Of a stretch of DNA of 13,567 nucleotides, positions 9,501-13,567 are shown piece after piece. The notes beneath the pieces are model-generated. The model saw only the letters and a program-made list of their open reading frames with translations. It was not told the DNA's origin and searched no databases. Within the stretch, counting starts at the first letter, position 1. The number at the start of each line of letters is the position of its first letter. Origin of the DNA: Selaginella moellendorffii. Taxonomy: Eukaryota; Plantae; Lycopodiophyta. Location of the stretch: positions 1 through 13,567 of the forward strand of contig NW_003314548.1 in NCBI RefSeq assembly GCF_000143415.4, given 5' to 3'. The translations under genes were made by a program, and so were the position numbers.

Positions 9501-10183
9501 ACAAGACTTTCCGGAGCATTTTAAAGCTAGCCATCGTTCCTCAAGCACCTTACCTTGTTCTTGGATGTGACGCGGATGGTTACTTTGCAATCTGGTATTT
9601 CTATCTTCGGTTTGCAGTCGTCCAAGAAACTCACTCTCTTCTCTTACATCTTACAGGAATATCTCCAAAAAACAGCTACTTTCTTCATGCCACATTTCAA
9701 GATATACTTTTTCAGACATTCATATCGTAGATCTTTCTTTGGTGGATGATTTCAGAGATCGAGACTACGATTGCTGTGCCTGTCTTCTGACCAATGTCAA
9801 GGACGATGCGAAACATCAGAACCACTGGAGAATGGCCCTGCTAGAGAATGATGCCTTGTTTGTTGGCAATGATCTTGCTAACAGGTATGAAAATCCACTG
9901 GAACTTTTTTGTCATAACATTCGATTGCAGAATATGCTCAGCAGCCGTCATGGGACCTTATGGGGTTGCTGGCACTGACGAGGGGCGAGTTTTTCTTTGG
10001 GAATTTTCCACCGGAAAAAGAGTGGTTGAAATGTTTGAACAAGGTATGAAATTCTTGATTTTCAAGTCGTCTCTTATGCAAGCGTGCAATGTAGAATCGA
10101 AAATCGTACAAGTGAAAACTACAACGTCGTCTCGTTTGCTGGCAACTGTTGGAGAGGATGGGCGTGTTGTTCTGTATGTGTAG
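6534..10183 (+). CDS. FYR (FYRN/FYRC)-domain plus C-terminal WD40 protein, At1g26330-like, candidate plant PALB2-like, about 1036 aa. Exons 6534-6635, 6696-6803, 6858-6968, 7026-7284, 7339-7512, 7572-9103, 9149-9405, 9457-9594, 9657-9884, 9931-10043, 10095-10183
   Basis: All ten introns are GT-AG with consistent phases; spliced length 3111 nt. N-terminus VEIEALGSLFQGPWEKRYWSSSRGKKRYPFPVGYRA...GPLF...AW...FGFADPVVQYLLREL is FYR-like. The middle is acidic and disordered. The C-terminus has WD-like strands (LVAAGDNGCIKEW, GYFAIWNISKK, AGTDEGRVFLWEFSTG, ATVGEDGRVVLYV*). Confidence 0.85.
7368..7487 (+). repeat. 60-bp in-frame tandem duplication (EPELEPKIVPDTLEELHMRE / EPELESKIVPDTLEVLHVRE)
   Basis: Units at 7368-7427 and 7428-7487. 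Also present, with deletions, in the pseudogene copy at about 3553-3660. Confidence 0.9.
8078..8680 (+). repeat. Diverged internal repeat of about 85 aa in exon 6 (8078-8326 and 8420-8680)
   Basis: LEQV..QPSQL...K.STI...NALDD...NK.Y..SDTLERLPAEPSA.E...DSR..NTS.EQ occurs twice. Confidence 0.85.
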
Positions 10184-10216
10184 GAGGTATGGCAATACAA
10201 GTTTGTAACTCTAGCT

Positions 10217-10650
10217 TCACTTTCCCTGAACTTTCAGTTCGGAATCTGAAAGGAGCGCTTCAGCAGCTCGTCTCCCTGACAGAATTGCTCCATCGAAAGT
10301 TGCTGAGACTCGATGATCTCCGCACAGGTACAAACCTGCATCAACTTTTGGTTCTTTCGAGAGGTTGGTCGGCGGAGTCTGATCGGGTTGAGCAAACAAG
10401 ATCCTGTATGTCTTCAAGTGCTGCCACTTCGCTACTGTTTCCCGCCCAGTCCATTCCTCACGCTCGGCATCTGAACTGGCGGAATATCTTCCGATCAATG
10501 TTACGGAGACGAGATCTTTTCCAGCAGGGGCGTATGAAGAGCAGACGGTGCTGGGAAAGCACATATTGTTGATGACTTTTGCCAGTGTTCTTGATTGGGG
10601 ATCTATCAGCAGAAAAATAGAGGCAGACAGTGCTGCGAGCAGGCCTATTG
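10217..10650 (-). pseudogene. C-terminal fragment of an FAD-dependent oxidoreductase (amine oxidase/protoporphyrinogen oxidase-like, At3g09580-like)
   Basis: RPARSTVCLYFSAD..[frameshift]..INNMCFPSTVCSSYAPAGKDLVSVTLIG...WQHLKTYRILFAQPDQTPP...GLYLCGDHRVSATFDGAILSGRRAAEALL*. The N-terminal GxGxxG region is absent and internal deletions are apparent. Confidence 0.85.
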
Positions 10651-10653
10651 GTT

Positions 10654-11333
10654 TGCGCAGACAAGGAACAGAACATCAGGCATGCTCGTGAAGCTATCCA
10701 GACGGCTGCTGATGGCGGCAGCAAGCTCATCCTTTGTCCAGTTAAGTTTTGTAGTGTTCAGTCATAAGGAGAATGTGTTCCAGGAAATGGGGAATTGTCC
10801 ATACTCAAAAGCGAGCTTTCCAATCTACGCAGGCGATTCTCCCTCTTCCAAAATGCTTTCGGACATGCCAAAGAGTAAGGAGGTTACCGTCATCGGTGGC
10901 TCCATACCGGAACGACGTGGCGATCATCTCTACAATATTTGCTGTCTCTAAAAGGTAAACATCGGAAGGTTTGGTTTTCTGACGCGTCGTCTACGGTTTT
11001 TTCTCAGCCCTCTTTCACACCAGGTTCACTTTTTTGACATCGATATACCAGGAAAGATACAGAAGTATACTGTTGTTGATTCGGGTAAGGTCCTGCAGGC
11101 ATTACGACAAGCAAAATAACTCACATTGCTCACTGACTCAGATGTTGGACGAATCGGTGTTGGTATTTGCTAGATGGCAATGACTTACGCAGCACGAGGT
11201 AGGAAGAAGGCTAGCCATGTAGCTGCTGAGTATTAAAATCTATGTTGGTGCCAGGCGTATATATGATCTGCTATCCGGGAGCTTTCAACATGACTACGGG
11301 ACCAGTGCATTGGGAACTCCTCCAGAAAGCCAG
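10654..11333 (+). pseudogene. NLP3: Omega-amidase (nitrilase family, NIT2/NLP3-like) pseudogene. Exon remnants 10654-10740, 10784-10968, 11024-11084, 11142-11198, 11255-11333
   Basis: ADKEQNIRHAREAI...P/EMGNCPYS...GGSIPERRGDHLYN...KGKHRK/VH.FDIDIPGKI.../DVGRIGVGIC*...[33 protein letters not shown]. The E-K-C triad residues are visible, but there are frameshifts, a TAG at 11171-11173 and missing termini. Confidence 0.9.
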
Positions 11334-11592
11334 GTAACTCTTTGTGTCTTTCTTGTTGGGCGCGGAATTTACTGGCATGTGTTTTTTACGACGAAGGCAA
11401 GAGCTCAGTGTGAGGAGCCACTGCCGGGCGCTCCAAGCTCTTGACTCCGGACGGCACGAAACAAGTGAAGCACGGAGACAGGAAAGCTAGGTGGGGATTT
11501 CCTTCCGTTGATTTGAAGGAAAAGGTGGCAAAGGAATTCGCAAGGCCTCGAGTTTGGAACAGCGGGCCCCGCTGCAGCAGAAAACGGGAAAG

Positions 11593-12460
11593 ATGGCGGA
11601 GGAGACACCAGGCAGAGGCGCAGAGATGACAAACAAGGAACAAAACGCCAAGAATCACAGCAAAACCAGCACCACTAGCAGCACCAGAAGGCCGCCCTGG
11701 TGCCTGCACAGCGTCAAGAGCAACCTCCACCACCAACATCGAACGTTGTCCGACCACGAAGTGACATTGGCAGGACCCACAACCAACGAAGAGGAGACCA
11801 GAGGAGTGGCGATGCTGGTGGATACCAGAGATGAGAACGCCGAATTGACGGAGATGAACAACCGGGAACTCACGGTGTTGCAGTGCTCGGCTGCGGTTAT
11901 CATCGGTGTTCTTTGTGACGGTGTCAAGGTTTGCTCTTCCAAGAAGCTTTGATTTCTTTGACATGTTAAACGTGAGAATGTGTGTGCTCCAGGGATTGCA
12001 AGGCTGCTTGGAAGGCAGAAAAGCGGGCTATTCGTGGTGGACGCTCTTCAAATATTTTGTCGTTGCTGCTGGGCTCGTATTTTGTTTGCGTATCGTCATC
12101 TACATGCTGAAGAGGACGCCGGAGCTGAGTGATCGCACCAGTTTTACCCTCGTTGTGGATGCTGCGTTCAAGGATACTGTCAACTTGAAGCAACTCTTCC
12201 AAGTAAGTGCCCTTCCTCTTCTTCTTCTTTCGGTTTTGGTTTGTTTGTTGCCAGTGCTGGCTGACTTGATGATTCTAATGCAAGATCCGTGTGTAGGTCG
12301 CTGCTGCTGCTGTTCTATGGAGCCAAGCTACAGGCCTTTGATTGGAGACGTGGTGAACTCTCTGGTCCCGCTGGTCCCTTGTGAACGCTCTGATCGCGCT
12401 GGTGGTGCTTTGAGGGCGATTGATCCGGCAGGAGCCACTGCGGCACAACAGAGCGTGTGA
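11593..12460 (+). other. Putative chimeric ORF: unknown low-complexity exon (11593-11928) spliced to a transmembrane-helix exon fused in frame to duplicated RLK C-terminal sequence
   Basis: A phase-0 GT-AG intron at 11929-11992 (64 bp) joins ...VLCDGVK to GLQGCLEGRKAGYSWWTLFKYFVVAAGLVFCLRIVIYMLKR-TPELSDRTSF... No expression evidence. Confidence 0.35.
12116..12460 (+). pseudogene. Duplicate of the last two RLK exons with a 10-bp deletion
   Basis: Aligns to 932-1278. cgtccagtcg is missing near 12319, so normal splicing gives TGA at 12339-12341. Confidence 0.88.
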
Positions 12461-12633
12461 AACACAGGATGCATGCGTACAATTTTGTAGAGACAGATTC
12501 AAATAACGAATATCCTGAAATAAATTCAGGGTAGGGCTTCCGTCTTTACAAGATCGTCACCATCGATCAAACGCGGTTCCAGCCGTCGATTTGTACCCGT
12601 TAGCGAGAAGCTAGGTCAAAAAATTCGCGAGCG

Positions 12634-13567
12634 ATGGCGTGCGAGTTTGGGGAGGACGACTGTGGTGAGCTCCTCAAGCTGTACAGGCGGGGTAAGAAGC
12701 TGGGATCTGGCGGTGAAGGGCAGGTCTATTTGTTGAGTGCTCGTCGCAGGGCTGGCAAGAAGTATGCGGGGAAATCAGTCAAATCGATGCGGAATGCCGA
12801 GAATGAAGCTCGGCTCATGTCCAAGCTTCGTGTCTGCCCTGGAGTCGTCGCCTTTGAGGATTTCGTGAGGGAGAGAGAAGCTGGGAGGTGCTATGGGACT
12901 ATTGTTATGGAACTTTGCGGCCCTAGCTTGGCAGAGCGATTGATCCAGGGCGGGGCAGTGACTGAGGAAGAAGCAGCCAAGACTATTAAAACGCTGGCAG
13001 AGACACTTAAGTGGATGCACTTGAGAGGGGTTGTCCACCGCGATCTCAAGCCTCATAACATCTTTCAGAGGCTCAACACCAGTGCAGTGGACGAAGTGGT
13101 GATTGGAGATTTTGGCATGGCCACAGACAAGCAGTGGGATATGCAGCAGTATTGTGGAACAGCAAAGTACATGGCACCCGAGGTGGTAGCAGTGAAGAGT
13201 GATGGAGCCCGAGGACCACGGGCGAGTTACACAGCGGCCGTGGACGTGTGGGGGCTGGGAGTCATTGCATACGAGCTGCTGAGTGGGTATCGATCAAGAG
13301 TTGAATTTGATTTTCTGAGAGCCAGAGCATTCCCAAGTGATTTGGCATCGTGTGAAGCAGAGGATCTCATCCAGGGAATGCTAGCTGTGGAGCAGAGCAA
13401 GAGGGTGACTTTAGATGCCGTGCTTGCACATCCCTGGATCGTCAAGCATTGTGGTAGTGGGGAAATCTTAACAGCGATGCCATACAGGAGGAGGCATTGT
13501 GGAGTAAAGAGAAAGTTTTCTGGCATCGGTAAGGACTTGCACAGTTGGCAACGATCCAGGAGACCCA
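12634..13567 (+). CDS. Intronless CAMK-group Ser/Thr kinase, copy 2, 3'-partial (runs off the window; absent from the ORF track)
   Basis: ATG at 12634 opens MACEFGEDDCGELLKLYRRGKKLGSGGEGQVY...YAGK...HRDLKPHN...GDFG...YCGTAKYMAPE...DVWGLG...HPW...GIGKDLHSWQRSRRP with no stop up to 13567. Confidence 0.9.
   Translation, partial: MACEFGEDDCGELLKLYRRGKKLGSGGEGQVYLLSARRRAGKKYAGKSVKSMRNAENEARLMSKLRVCPGVVAFEDFVREREAGRCYGTIVMELCGPSLAERLIQGGAVTEEEAAKTIKTLAETLKWMHLRGVVHRDLKPHNIFQRLNTSAVDEVVIGDFGMATDKQWDMQQYCGTAKYMAPEVVAVKSDGARGPRASYTAAVDVWGLGVIAYELLSGYRSRVEFDFLRARAFPSDLASCEAEDLIQGMLAVEQSKRVTLDAVLAHPWIVKHCGSGEILTAMPYRRRHCGVKRKFSGIGKDLHSWQRSRRP

Noticed and set aside
11386-11964. 192-aa minus-strand ORF
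   Set aside because: No family similarity recognised, and the splice signals nearby favour the plus strand.
1-13567. A co-functional cluster (kinases, protease inhibitor and enzymes as a defence or metabolic system)
   Set aside because: The enzyme genes are broken fragments, and the arrangement is explained by local duplication and deletion. Nothing in the sequence supports co-regulation.

Overview
Gene-dense eukaryotic (land plant) genomic DNA with very short GT-AG introns (43-94 bp) and GC-rich degenerate PPR genes. This style suggests a lycophyte such as Selaginella, which is an inference. Apparently intact genes: the 3' seven exons of an At1g80640-like receptor-like kinase (2-1278); two intronless CAMK-group Ser/Thr kinase paralogues (1497-2429 and 12634 to the window end); a two-exon secreted potato type I protease inhibitor on the minus strand that the ORF track misses (4873-5207, P1 residue Cys); and an 11-exon, about 1036-aa FYR-domain / disordered / C-terminal WD40 protein (6534-10183) with PALB2-like architecture. 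The rest is duplication debris: two local segmental duplications (2715-4633 vs 6171-8313, and 932-2402 vs 12116-13539) that degenerated reciprocally, PPR pseudogenes, a 144-bp solo LTR with a 5-bp target site duplication, abutting fragments of an FAD oxidoreductase and an omega-amidase, and a possible new chimeric membrane-protein ORF. No prokaryotic-type system (CRISPR, operon, RNA genes) is visible. All exon models and counts are manual.
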